In this document: piece after piece, positions 1 to 12,214 of the stretch | Numbering within the stretch: the first letter of the stretch is position 1 | Layout of the letters: every line of letters starts with the position of its first letter | DNA from: Octopus sinensis | Lineage: Eukaryota | Length of the DNA stretch: 64,000 nt | Direction of reading: 5' to 3' | Assembly: GCF_006345805.1 (NCBI RefSeq) | Contig: NC_043000.1 | Span: 48,856,001 to 48,920,000, forward strand | Position numbers and translations under genes: made by a program | Notes under the pieces: model-generated | Told to the model about the DNA's origin: nothing | Databases searched by the model: none | What the model saw: only the letters and a program-made list of their open reading frames with translations

Positions 1-404
1 ATATGTATATATACACCCCTATACATATGTATATTCATGTATGCGGTGAATGTGAATATGTATAAGTTTTATGTTTTACGTATGTTTTCATTTGTATAAA
101 TGTTCATATACCTACGCGAGGATGAAATTGACTATGTATTATACGTATATGTGTGTATATTTGTACACACACATAGATAGCTAGATAGATAGATAGATCG
201 ATAAATAGAGAGAGAGATAGAGAGATGTAGATAGATAGATATACAGATATATATGTATATACATATGCATGTATATATAAATCAATACAAAATGTAGGTA
301 TACATTTCTCAATTCAAAAATTAAAATTCATATATATATATTATACCTTATATTCTTTTAATAATATATTATTCTATACATATATATAAGAAATATATAA
401 GAAA

Positions 405-1023
405 CTAGCAGTATTGCCCGGCTCAACGGGGATTTCAGGGGAGAGTTTCAGGGAGTCGCTGGCGATGTATCGTGATGATCAAAAATCCGGCCTGCTCAAA
501 TTTGGTTAAAGTGATTCAAACTGCAAACTCAACGCAAAATGGTCACATTTAATTCAAAGCGTTAAAAATGTTATGAAAACAATTGGTATGTGTTCACAAA
601 GTCGAAACGATTGATACGAAAAAACCCTCCAGGCTACATCCCGAAAATTCATTTCTTTGCCCAATTTCTACAATGTTTACGGCGATTCATTTTTATATCT
701 TGATTTTTTTTTGTTTTTCATGCAATTTACGCATGCTTGCACGCGTGGTGAACACAGTTCACGTCAAACAGCTGACTGAGTAAAGTTCACTATTCAATGC
801 ATGGGATAAGGCCTAAACAAACACATTATCGATTTTTGCACTTGCGAGATGAATTTCGGAACAGAAATAGAGCAGTTCAATTTTCATTCGCCTAAACTTT
901 AAGTGACCCATTTTGGTGGTTCTACGATTTGTTGGTTAGGAGAAGATGTGCCGGGAATTTAAACACACAGACACACACACAGAAACACACACAGACACAC
1001 ATGTTGAGTTTTATATATATAGA
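405..1023 (-). mobile_element. Non-autonomous Helitron (~620 bp)
   Basis: Minus strand begins A|TCTATATATATAAAACTC (1023) and ends GCAATACTG-CTAG|T (405). A CCCG/CGGG hairpin (417-430) lies just upstream of the CTAG end. Insertion is at an A|T site. Confidence 0.8.
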
Positions 1024-1646
1024 TATACCTAAGGTATGTATCTAATTGCGTGTGTATCTATTGCAGTCGTATGATGTTCAATATCTTCTTAATGATAACA
1101 ATTACAGGAAATACATTACTGATTGCATTCTCAATAGCCTCTCATTGCGCTCAGTGAAATTAGTTTGCGTAAATGTTACGGGCGGAAACAACACGCCTTC
1201 CTCTACAAAATGTCTTACATATTTAACAGATAATTCATCAAATCAGCTTTACTTCTTTCCTGCAAAGCTAAATTACCTAACTTAAATTTCAGGCTGTTTA
1301 TCATTTATATATATATATTTCAATACCTTATATTGTAATTTATTGAAATTCATAGATTTATTGAAATTCATCACACTACTTACTCGAAGTTGATATTTAA
1401 GTAGGTTTGTATAGCAGGCTCATCACCTAACTAGTGATTCATCGCTGAAAGACAAACAAATCGCCTTTAAAACAATTTACATCTCTGTTGACTTAGAGGT
1501 GTTTAGCTGTTAGTTTAAATATGTAACATCAATTAGCACTAAATGTGACATTAAGTATTAATATTCAGTCTGTAAAGTAATTGGTGTTGCTGACACACAC
1601 AATGTTTTCGTTTTCCAATATTGTTACTGTGGTTACTATCTATCTA

Positions 1647-1676
<30 letters not shown>

Positions 1677-1680
<4 letters not shown>

Positions 1681-2209
1681 GTGTCCCCAAAAAATGTATA
1701 CACACCTTAAATAATTGTAAATTTGGGGTTTATTATAATTCGAATAATTTTCAACATGTAAAAGAATTTACAAATAGCATTCTATTGTCTTGTTATCGCA
1801 TGTTCTCAAACTGATGTCCGTTCTGCTCCAGACACTGCTGACAACGCGAAGCGATGGAATGGCACAAATCATGGAACAATTCCCTTGGGATATTCGTACA
1901 TTCATGTTCAATGGTTGCCCTCAATTGAACGACTGTTGCAGGTTTCTGTGCGTAGACTTTGTCCTTTAGGTATCCCCATAAAAAGAAGTCTAGTGGTGTG
2001 AGGTCTGGTGAACGTGGAGGGTATTCGACAAAACCTCTCCGTCCAATCCACCTGTTTGGCAATATCACATCAAGAAAGGATCTAACATCGCGATGGTAGT
2101 GTGGAGGTGCCCCATCTTGCTGGAAATAAAACTCTTCCTGTTCTAAGTCCTCTCTAATGCTTGGCATGACAGACTGTTGCAGCAAGTGTATACATTTTTT
2201 TGGGACACC

Positions 2210-2212
<3 letters not shown>
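1677..2212 (-). mobile_element. Internally deleted Tc1/mariner (DD41D, rosa-like) element with both TIRs
   Basis: TIRs CAGAGTGTCCCCAAAAAATGTATACAC / GTGTATACATTTTTTTGGGACACCCTG, flanked by TA. ORF 1793-2185 has FQQDGAPPH...YPPRSPDLTPLDFFLWGYLK, with 41 residues between the second and third catalytic D. Confidence 0.9.
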
Positions 2213-2288
<76 letters not shown>

Positions 2289-2348
2289 ATATATATATGT
2301 ATATATATATTATATATGTATATATATATATATATTATATATATATTA

Positions 2349-2399
<51 letters not shown>

Positions 2400-2401
2400 T
2401 A

Positions 2402-2440
<39 letters not shown>
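2213..2440. repeat. (TA)n microsatellite; one of many (also ~4130-4480, 12090-12215, 16200-16550, 17775-18065, 20625-20975, 27970-28180, 30910-31070, 50895-51100)
   Basis: Direct inspection. These tracts explain the YIYIYI ORFs. Confidence 0.95.
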
Positions 2441-2441
<1 letters not shown>

Positions 2442-2478
2442 TAAAATTATTTTATTCCACACTGGTACAAATATATAA

Positions 2479-2718
2479 AAAAATAGGTGAAAATGCACTG
2501 AGAATAGTTCATAAAATTTTTGTTATACTTTCACAGTTTACACTCATTTTCAAAGATTTGAAACAGAAAGACGTCTGAAGCAAAAGAGCTGCGACATAAG
2601 CCGCGTCTTACTATTTCAATTTTTTTAAAATCACTGTAAACTGTGAAACCGGTTAAATCTTTAAATATAATATTTTAAAAAAATAGACTAACTATTCTCA
2701 GTACATTTTCAGCTTTTA
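2479..2718. mobile_element. Degenerate foldback/MITE-like inverted repeat
   Basis: GAAAATGCACTGAGAATAGTT vs AACTATTCTCAGTACATTTTC, and TTTCACAGTTTAC vs GTAAACTGTGAAA. Confidence 0.6.
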
Positions 2719-2877
2719 TGTTTCCTATATACTTAGAGAGAGTTTGAGAGGTTTAGTTTAGTGATCATCTAAACCAGTAGGTACACTGCTTAAGTGCTAT
2801 AATTGGTCATCCGTTAGGTTCTAAGTTCACAGCTGAGACTGGAGCTAGGGATCCGTAGTAGACTTTCGAGTCAGAAG

Positions 2878-3082
2878 GTATATACTAAAGGAAAAGGAAA
2901 ACAAAACCAAGGCTGGATGAGTATGTCAGGTCATTTAGGATATTTAATTAGAGTAAGGTGAATAAAAAAATAATTCTAATAACTTCTGCATCTCCATTTT
3001 TTATTCACCTTACTCTAATTAGATATTTTAAATGACTTGAAATACTCGTGCTGCCTTGGTTTTGTTTTCCTTTAATATATAC
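2878..3082. mobile_element. Foldback/MITE-like inverted repeat (~95-bp arms)
   Basis: GGAAAACAAAACCAAGGC...TTAGAGTAAGGTGAATAAAAA vs TTTTTATTCACCTTACTCTAA...GCCTTGGTTTTGTTTTCC. Confidence 0.7.
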
Positions 3083-3159
3083 ATGTATTTGTGTATGTGC
3101 AGCTAGAGAACGACATTCTGAAAGAATAGAGAAATAAATTAAAGCGGAAGAATACTATG

Positions 3160-3371
3160 ATTTCAAAATTTGGCTCAAAGCCGGTAATTTTGGGGAAGGG
3201 GATAAGTTGATTACATCGACACCAGTGCTTATCTTATTCTTATTTTATCGCCCCTGGAAAGATGAAAAGCAAAGTTGACCTCGGCGGAACTTGAACTCGG
3301 AACGTAAAGTAGGACGAAATGCCGCTAAGCATTAACCCGCAGTGCAAACGATTCTGCTGGCTCGCCGCCTT
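3160..3371 (-). mobile_element. tRNA-derived SINE, octopus OK-like family (family A)
   Basis: Minus strand reads AAGGCGGCGAG...GAGTTCAAGTTCCGCCGAGGTCAACTTTGCTTTTCATC..., matching copies at 9458 and 35025. Family name is from memory, not a database search. Confidence 0.75.
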
Positions 3372-3910
3372 CAATTTAATAAATAATGATTTTAGATTGA
3401 ATGTATATATCTATGGAACGAAGATATTAATCAAGAATAACGGAAATAAATGATAAAGTTAATAGTCATGATTTATTTTTAAAATCCAGTATACACCAGA
3501 GATGTTATACATTTCATACGATATTGCTTAAAATTGCTTCACTTAAATTATTGCAGTCGTAATTTGTTTCAGGCTCCCAGCGACCTAAAATAATACAATT
3601 TGTATTAATATATTATGAAATATTTGGAACCTATATTTGTGTACATCGCATTTTTAGAAAAATTCGTATGTATCAATTCCGTTTTTTTTTCTTCATTATT
3701 ATTCATAAACATTTAGAACGGCAATTATATGTAATTAAGAAAAAAATAAAGATGTTTCTTTTTAGAACTATCTTGAAAAGGTCAAGTTGTTGATTAACAT
3801 TTATGTTACATAGAAATCATTCCAATCTAAAATTACATATAAGGACATTAATCATACATACATATATGTGTATATATACATGTATATATACAAGTATCCA
3901 CATGCACACA

Positions 3911-3941
<31 letters not shown>

Positions 3942-4146
3942 AAATGTGTGTATACATGTGTATTTATGTCTGTGTATGCGTGTGAATGATCAGCATAAGT
4001 CAATTACAGTTCAAGTTGGAAAGAAATAAGAAATAAAGGGAGCATTGTTTGGACTAAAAACTATTGATTTGTTAGTTTTCCCGTTACTGACACATCTACA
4101 TATACACACGCACACACAAACACATATTGTATATACTTAAATATAT

Positions 4147-4190
<44 letters not shown>

Positions 4191-4279
4191 TATATACATG
4201 TATATATATATATATATATATAATATATATATATAATATATATATACATTATATATATATATATACATATATACATATA

Positions 4280-4324
<45 letters not shown>

Positions 4325-4363
4325 CATATATATATAATATATATAACATATATATATATATAT

Positions 4364-4395
<32 letters not shown>

Positions 4396-5416
4396 CATAT
4401 TATATATATATATATACATATGCTTATATAGAGATGTATATATGCTTGTGTGTGGATATATATATATATAGATATATATACACTCACAACGCAATTAATC
4501 TACATTTGTTATTATGTTAAAAAGGGTGAATAACATGCGTGTTGAATAAGATTTATACAACAAAAATTACAAGATACAATTTTGTGATAATACATATGTG
4601 TGTCTGCGTGTGTCTATCCTTTTCTGTGTGCGTGTGTGTGTGTGTGTGTCTACGTGTGTGTATCTATATATGCATGTGCTTTCTGAAGCTATGTGTGTTA
4701 TTTATATCACAATTATTTGATCAGGAGAACAGTGGTAATGTGGGTAGAAGGAGTTAAATGTCAAGAAAAACTGAAGAGAACGTCTGAAGGCAGTGTTAAG
4801 TATAACAAGACTGATAACCTATGGCAATTATTTCCAATTTATTCTGCAAAATGTCTCTGTAGTCACAAAATATGATAAACGAGATAGTCAGACACAGCTT
4901 AGCTTTTAGCTTTTTGTAATTCGAATGTAGTGTATGGGAATAAGATTTTCTCTATAACCAAATTGTCATTTCAGGTATTTATTTCTGATCAGTCTTCGAG
5001 TTATATCCAGTGTTATAGATGAAGAATATTAACGTTGCGTTAATATGAACTATATTATTTGGCAGCACCAATCAAACTTTTGACCAAATTTAACGCATAA
5101 GGAAATTAATTTACAGACATGACACTGATATTTCATGAAGTATAAAACCCTATCTTAAATGCAATTCAGTTTCAGTAAAGCTATAGATGTAATACCAATG
5201 AAATCTGAGGTCGGTGTTTATAATTTTAAAAGTGTTCACTCTTCATGTCTTTAAATATCTTACTTGCTTATTGTGTTTCGTTTTTATTTATTTCATGTTC
5301 ATTGTCGACTTCTTAACTCAGTTGTATTGCATTACAATGTTATGTATGTAGTCCAATGGTAAATATATGAAGCTCAGTGTTGCCATTAGATAAAGAGTCT
5401 TCAACCTTTAAATACT

Positions 5417-5834
5417 CTCTTTTACTCTGTTTTACTTGTTTCAGTATTTTTACTGTGACCATGCTGGTGCACCGCCTTTAGTCGAGGAAATCGACCCCAC
5501 GACTCATTCTTTGTAAGCCTAGTACTTTTTCTATCGTTCTCTTTTGCCGAACCGCTAAGTTACGGGGACGTAAACACACCAGTATAGGTTTCAAGCGATG
5601 TTGGGGGGGGGACAAACACAGAAACATAAACATATACAATACAATACATACATATATATATGCATATATACGGCTGACTTCTTTCAGTTTCCGTCTACCA
5701 AATCCACTCACAAGGCTTTGGACGGTGTGAGGCTATAGTAGAGGACACTTCCCCAAGGCGACACGCAGTGGGAGTGAACCCGGAACCGTGTGGTTGGTAA
5801 GCAAGCTACTTACCAAACAGCCACTCCCACACCT
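5417..5834 (-). mobile_element. Composite tRNA-derived SINE (family B, CORE-like)
   Basis: tRNA-like head (A box TGGCTGTTTGG, B box GGTTCACTCC), CTTGGGGAAGTGTC core-like segment and CTGAAACAAGTAAA tail. Homologous to 51101-51483 and 55915-56317. Confidence 0.8.
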
Positions 5835-6038
5835 ATGATGTTAAATTTTGAAATTAAAAAGTTGGTTTGCCCTTTCTATTGAATAGTCTTACGAACTGAA
5901 TTTACTGGTCAAATCAAATGAATTTAATTGAAAGGTATCATATACAAGTTTTTATCTGTCGAGTATGAGTATATCAGCTCTAAACACTGAATATAATATT
6001 CATCTATCTATCTATCTATCTATTTATCTATCTATCTA

Positions 6039-6069
<31 letters not shown>

Positions 6070-6070
<1 letters not shown>

Positions 6071-6600
6071 ACGGGAAGGTTTACGAAAACAAACAAAAGA
6101 CGAAGGCAGGTGGATTACAAACAAACAAATGTATTAGTACGGCGCTCAGGAATAGAAATAAAACAAGTCTTTTACGTTTCGAGCCTACGCTCCTCGACAG
6201 AAAGATACACAGAAAAAAAAACAAGAAGAGAAACAAGGAGAGAAAAAAATGCGTGTAGGAGCTAACGATCGATCATGGCGTTCTGTGGACCCGGCGTTGC
6301 TCGTATTTTCCGTGTTGAAGTTAAGCCCACCCCTGACATTGTATTGAAATCTTCTGCGTTCCCCGTGCCAACTATTACTCACAGGCTGTTGCAGGATGTG
6401 TAGATATGTGGCAGGCGGAGGGGAAATGGTCTGAGCAGGCAACGGAATTTTGTTGACGGAGTGGAGGTTTTGCAGCCGACGTCGACGTGTTCAGTGGTGC
6501 AGCGAAGTGAGGCTGAAGTAACTAATTAAGAACGTGTTTTGAAAAAATTAATTCACTTTTGTAAAGAGGTACTTACAACGGTGTCGTGAGGCGGCTAGCT
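6070..6600 (-). mobile_element. Penelope-like element 3' remnant
   Basis: GC-richer segment with a decayed SDHFPSACH (GIY-YIG C-terminus-like) reading, followed by an HHR-like motif at 6168-6205 on the same strand. Confidence 0.5.
6168..6205 (-). ncRNA. Variant minimal type I hammerhead-like motif
   Basis: UCUUU-CUGUCGA-G-GAGC(GUAG)GCUC-GAAA-CG-UA-AAAGA. Stem I 5 bp, stem II 4 bp, palindromic stem III ACGU. Core deviates by A6U and one extra nucleotide. Confidence 0.55.
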
Positions 6601-6712
6601 CCGAAGATGTTTTTATGGGAGGATTGGAGACTTGACTGTACTTTCTCATCTTGTTTGTTGTAATTCAGTCCTGTAGCGCCCTTTGATAGACGACATTTTC
6701 TGTCTTACTTAC

Positions 6713-7227
6713 TTAGGTGTAGATGAAAAGGATTCGAGGATTGCCAGCTCTTGAGCATCCTACGTATAGTTGGTCATGAGAGAAGGCACGTTCAATGAAG
6801 TTAAGTCCAACCACCTCCAATAACTGACCTTGGGCTTATTTCTGCTCATAGCAAAACTGAGTTTGACTGGGAATTGTAGCCGCTTGAACTCCACAGCCGA
6901 GATAGATGGACTCAGTGGAATTCTGGGGGTGAAAACAGTATCACCACTTACCTTTCCTGTTAGAATTGTCGCCTCAATGACTTTCGGCATCAATTTTTTC
7001 ATGATTAGTCGCGTGCCATTGCAAAGTTTAGGTGGATCCAAGTTCCTCAACAGCATAACTGGAGCGCCTATCTTTAGCTGCAAATCATGGGGTGGTAGAC
7101 CTGGTGGTGCTAGAGTGTTCAATTCTTCAACAGCATATTCCGTAGCACCAGCAGTGTTGACAACAGTGTCGATCGATTTGTAGGCGCACCGCCGTCCTGA
7201 AAGCTGCTCCAGAAAGATGCTGTTCAA
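6713..7227 (-). mobile_element. Helitron RepHel (PIF1-like helicase) C-terminal fragment, frameshifted
   Basis: LPPHDLQLKIGAPVMLLRNLDPPKLCNGTRL...RLQFPVKLSFAMS, continuing after a frameshift as VGLNFIERAFSHDQLYVGCSR. Confidence 0.9.
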
Positions 7228-7929
7228 AACATTCTGGAATTAAATTAAAACCTTTACCGGCTCCCGTACCACAAAATGTACCTAAACCTCAAATTTCATT
7301 AAAATCGAATAAAAAATATAAAAGTTAATGCCAAAAATAAAATCTCTATCCGTCACAGGATCTGAGAAATTGGCATTATTATCCCATGGTTTAAGAAAGA
7401 CCTTTGGTCCGTTCTACAAGAATTCAGCATCATAGTTGAGGAGTTGATATTTATACTTATCCTATATCAATTTTTTTCGAACAAAGTGGCGTAGCGGTGG
7501 GAGGTGGTACTGCGATAACACTTCTTGGTAGTTGCTGATTACGTGTACTATGACCTCTACCGATGATTAATATGGACGATATTTGTGGTTGCATCTTCGA
7601 AATTTAAGGGTTCTACTGTTCACGATTGTACATTAGATATTTCGTAGGTATCACCTGTTTTTATTTTATTACAAAAATTACTGCCTTCAAGATTTGACGC
7701 GATGTAAAAGCCATGAGTGCAAGTGAGGTTGCATTTCATTATGTTTTGTCATCCTCTTCAAGTCCAGGAGAATTGGACTCATGAATAACCCATTTGTGGC
7801 ATTGGCATGCAGAATATTTTGTTCGAGGTCGTTTTGGAGATATGTTCGTCCTATATTTGGGTTCATATGGGAGATCATCAAAAACTGAGCTTCTATTATG
7901 TAGCACTTACTTATATCTGTATGTGTACA

Positions 7930-8135
7930 ACAATATCCAGCGAGTAATGATTACATTTGACAGATGTCTTTATGGGAATGTTCTATCAGTATTTCTTATA
8001 TTGATGTGTGTGTGTGAAATGAGTAATAGGCAGATTCTCTGCATTTGTTTCAGGACAGACTTTTTCCGGATGGGGTTGTATATTGTTTTTGCGACAACGT
8101 TGTGTCTCATAGGGATGTAGTACTTGATGACATCT
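7930..8135 (-). mobile_element. Decayed non-LTR retrotransposon, RLE-type (R4/Dong-like) C-terminal fragment
   Basis: Manual translation gives YYIPMRHNVVAKTIYNPIRKK and PIKTSVKCNHYSLDIVV, related to 29465-29700. Confidence 0.6.
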
Positions 8136-9457
8136 TTGTATGTATGTATGTATGTATGTATGTATGTATGTATGTATTGATGTATGTATGTATTATTGCG
8201 CGTACGTACGTATGTACTTACGTACGTATGTACTTACGTGCGTATATATGTTTATGTGTATACAGAGAATTTTTATGTTGTGATAAAAGAACGTTGCAGT
8301 TTCATATCACTGGTGCATTAACAGTTTATAGACTGTGTACATACTTATGTGTGTAACAAAGTGTATTACACATGCACATAAACACACAGAAAAATTAATG
8401 CACACGCACTTGCGTGGGATGGGCGTCTGTTTTACATGTGTTTCATTACATTATTCCAAATATTCTGTGAGGGTTTCCTGCTATTGATATTCAAATTTTG
8501 CAACATACTTTTATGAGAGAAACCTTAGAACAACCATTGCGTTTATTGTATACGAACTTAGTTGCAGTCCTGCAGGGATCAGCGTTGCCTTTCATTTTCC
8601 CGGAAATAATAAAGTAAGCAGAAAGCTTGTAACCGACAGAATTTTCCTAACTATAAACCTCCGCCAAAACTAAAATGTGTTGCTTGTGTCAATACGGTAA
8701 ATTATCTTTCGTTATCTTTGATCATTCAGAAATCAATAAAATTAGTAGCAGTAATATTCAATGAGAAATATCCTCTTTTCTGAATAAATGGACATGCACA
8801 TAGCCGTAATGCTTGGAAGTATGCAGTGCTATAAAGTTCGTTTGATTTCCCTAGCAGCACTTCGAGCACTTTTATTCTACCGTTGCCTCGGTGCGTACAC
8901 AAATTTGTGAAAAATATGGAGTAGATATTAACTATCCGGAAGTTCATTGAATTGATATCACATGTGTTTCGATGAAAGGTTCAATCATCCACTGAACTAA
9001 GCTAATGATTGTCCCTAACGATGAGATAAAATTTATTTATAATACTCTAAATGTAATTCTCATAATATACTTTTGATATAATTCATTCTAAATTTTAATT
9101 ATAAAGAATCCCCTGACAAAATACATTCAATTTCAGTTGGAAAATATAATTTTCCACTGCGTTTCAAGAACACTATCACCTAAATACTGATTCAGATTTA
9201 ATGTAAGTCACATACATGTAGATGATTATAATCGAAAGAGATCTAAAATTCGGAACACGGTTGATCTTTAGGCTGATGACGAAGTGAGAAACAGTTTCAC
9301 CTACGCAAATAAATATAGTAATATCTAAATTTAAAACTTTGTGACGTAAATTAAAACATTAGTACTCCTAGGATGACATGCAAAACATATGTAAAAATGG
9401 CAAACTGTGTTACTTAACTTAAGCTAGGCCAACGGGATGTTAATGATTATAGTTAAA

Positions 9458-9669
9458 AAGGTGGTGCGCTGGCAAAATCGTTAACATACTGGGCAAAATG
9501 CTTAGAAGAATTTCGTCCCTCTTTACATTCGGAGTTCAAATTCCACTGAAGTCGACTTTGCTTTCATCCTTTCGGTGTCAACAAAATAAGTATCTGTCAA
9601 GCACTGGGGTCACTGTAATCGACTGGCCCATTTCTCGAAATTATTGGCCTTGTGGCAAAATTTGAAACC
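9458..9669 (+). mobile_element. SINE family A copy
   Basis: GGAGTTCAAATTCC B box and TTTGCTTTCATCCTTTCGGTGTCAACAAAATAAGTA central domain. Confidence 0.75.
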
Positions 9670-11868
9670 AATGACTCGAGTTAATGAGTTCTCTGGTAGC
9701 AACATTAATACATATTACAATGAATTGCTTTACACCGTCTTCCTTTGAAAATACTCTCACCCTCGCATAAATTCCCCATTCACAAACGTTCGTTATATAT
9801 GTTTAATTCTCTAGCTGTATACTTATTCTGTTCAAACTAGAAATTTCTACATATTAATCAAATTTTACATCATAATATATTTTACAGAGAATATGTACTA
9901 TGCAACGTGTTTATGTCTAAAATAACATTATATATGCTTATGTGTACATGTATATGGGTGCTCGTGAATGTGCATTTGTGTGTGTGTAGTGTGTGTGTTT
10001 ACGCACGCGTGTGATTGAGTGTGCATTAGTGCAACATTCGTTTTTAAATTATCAGTAACACCAAATAAAATTTATATCCAAAAATCGGAATTAATATGGT
10101 GACTCGAAACGTCTGGATCTATTTAATAATTGCTTTAGAAAATATTACTTGAATATAATTTTCTTTGCACAAAATACAATGCTCCACTGAATCACCGAAA
10201 TATTCTCTCTTTTGTTGCTTTGCTTCTTCACATGCTTTAACTTTTAACTTTTTTTTATCTATACATATATAATCTCCTCACCACTGTGCTCCTCTCAGTA
10301 TGCATGCTACATTCTAATTGCTGCCGCTTCGTATTGTTCACCCCACCTCACTCTCTCACTGTCTCAGTTTTGCGGTTGTTTCTTTCTTAGCTTTACTCTA
10401 TCCACATACGTTTTTAGATCACTTTTCCTGAGTCTATCAGCTTACAACAGTTAGCTGCAAGCTGTTTGTCGGGTTTCCTGCTCGTAGGAATGATTCCAAT
10501 AAATCTAGTATCTAACACATAATCACATGTAGTTCAATATCAGTGTTAACAGACAGAAAACAAAAGTTAAAATTGGCAATAGTAAACAGTAATGAGAATT
10601 TATCAACATTTAGATTCTGATTCCAAGTAATGTTAAAAAAGAGAACAGTTACTTTACATGTATTGTATTTGGAAATTATTCATGTGTACTAAACAGTTTC
10701 AACTATTTCGTAAGTGCAGTTATTTCTCAACTGTTATTGACTCAACAATTATTCAATCTCAATCTCTAAACTATATGCCTTCACTCACTCACATTTATAA
10801 ACAATTGTTTATCTTCACTACTTTTTCTCTCATACTTTTAATTTCCTCTTTCTTCCAAACAGGAATTGTAATTATGTTTCTTGTCTCAAAATTCTTCATT
10901 GTTAATTCCTTGGTGTTCAAAAATATAACTTTATGCCTGCAGCTTGGAATCTCGGTAATTTAAAGAGTTTATTTAGAAGTCTACACTGTTTTGAGAATGT
11001 ATATATATGTTGCTTGTACAATCAGTTTTTAACTCATATGTCTACGAAATATAAAATGATAGTAACAGGAAAAGAACGTGACAAAAATAGCTGAATTATG
11101 CACGTATGTACGCATGTGTGTGTGTAGTATACATAGAAATAAAATGAAAAAGTGACGGCGCAGCATGGAGAAGGTTTTACAAATAAGGTTTTAGCTTAAC
11201 GCTTTATTTCTGACATTTTCCTTTTATCAGAAGAAAAAGAGAAACATAAGAGTGGGAAAGAGAAATAGTTCGGGAGAAATAAAAAACAGCTGAGAATGTT
11301 GTATGAAGGAGAGTTAAGAACAGAGGAAAGGATGTGAAAGGGTGTATATTTGTATCTACAAAGGGCTTAAGAGATGTTTTTTTTAGTAGAACATATCCAT
11401 GTGTATAAGTGTATAAGTATGGAAGTATAGTGAGGGATTTGGTTTATCGTTACTAAGTTCTCTAATAACTTTACCGGAAATGTTTTAGTTAATAGCAAAA
11501 ACCGTAAAAAGCAAGTCCTTGGTTTGTTGAACCCAAAATTATAAGATGGAAGTACTTTTACTCATCGGAAAATTATGTATTTGCAAAAAACTTTTCTAAA
11601 TAAACTAAAATAAGACATAATGATTAATTAAGTAACAGAAAATTTCTATTCATTAAAATGATCACATTAGTAAAAATAATTACTTTCAGTTTCAACAAGT
11701 AGTTCCAATAAAATTTGGAAACATAAAACTATCAACTCTTATTACTCACTGTAGTAAGAGGGATTTTTTTTACTTTTTTTCCTTCATCGTTCTCCTTCCT
11801 ACTCGCTATATATGCTTCCCCCTCTCACTCTTTCTATCTCTCTCTCATTCTCACTCTCAATATATATA

Positions 11869-12084
11869 CGAGGGATACAGAAAAGTTTCTGGCTTTAAGG
11901 ATATCGCAAAAAGCCTGGCTGGAGTCCCAACATCCTGAGTTCTTTTACAGGGATTAGACAAACCGGAGGACAGCTGCAAAAAGTGTGGGAATCTGAGAGG
12001 GGAATATGTTGAATAAAATCGTAATGAACTGATCCTCCTCTATTTTCATTTACCGAAAGCCAGGAACTTTTCAACTCCTCTTCG
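11869..12084. mobile_element. Mariner-derived MITE
   Basis: TA|CGAGGGATACAGAAAAGTTTCTGGCTTT vs AAAGCCAGGAACTTTTCAACTCCTCTTCG|TA, imperfect TIRs with TA flanks. Confidence 0.65.
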
Positions 12085-12093
12085 TATATGTAT

Positions 12094-12135
<42 letters not shown>

Positions 12136-12144
12136 GTGTGTGTA

Positions 12145-12214
<70 letters not shown>

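Noticed and set aside
2157-4487. Many 60-140-aa [10 protein letters not shown] ORFs here and throughout the window
   Set aside because: Translations of (TA)n and (CA)n microsatellites.
8509-8646. 138-nt open minus-strand segment between AG and GT (ENSVGYKLS...VSLIK)
   Set aside because: No recognisable homology, weak acceptor, and phase-incompatible with the neighbouring candidate exon; expected by chance.
9260-9302. CTGATGA...GAAACAGTTTC hammerhead-like string
   Set aside because: Stem II and stem I do not pair.
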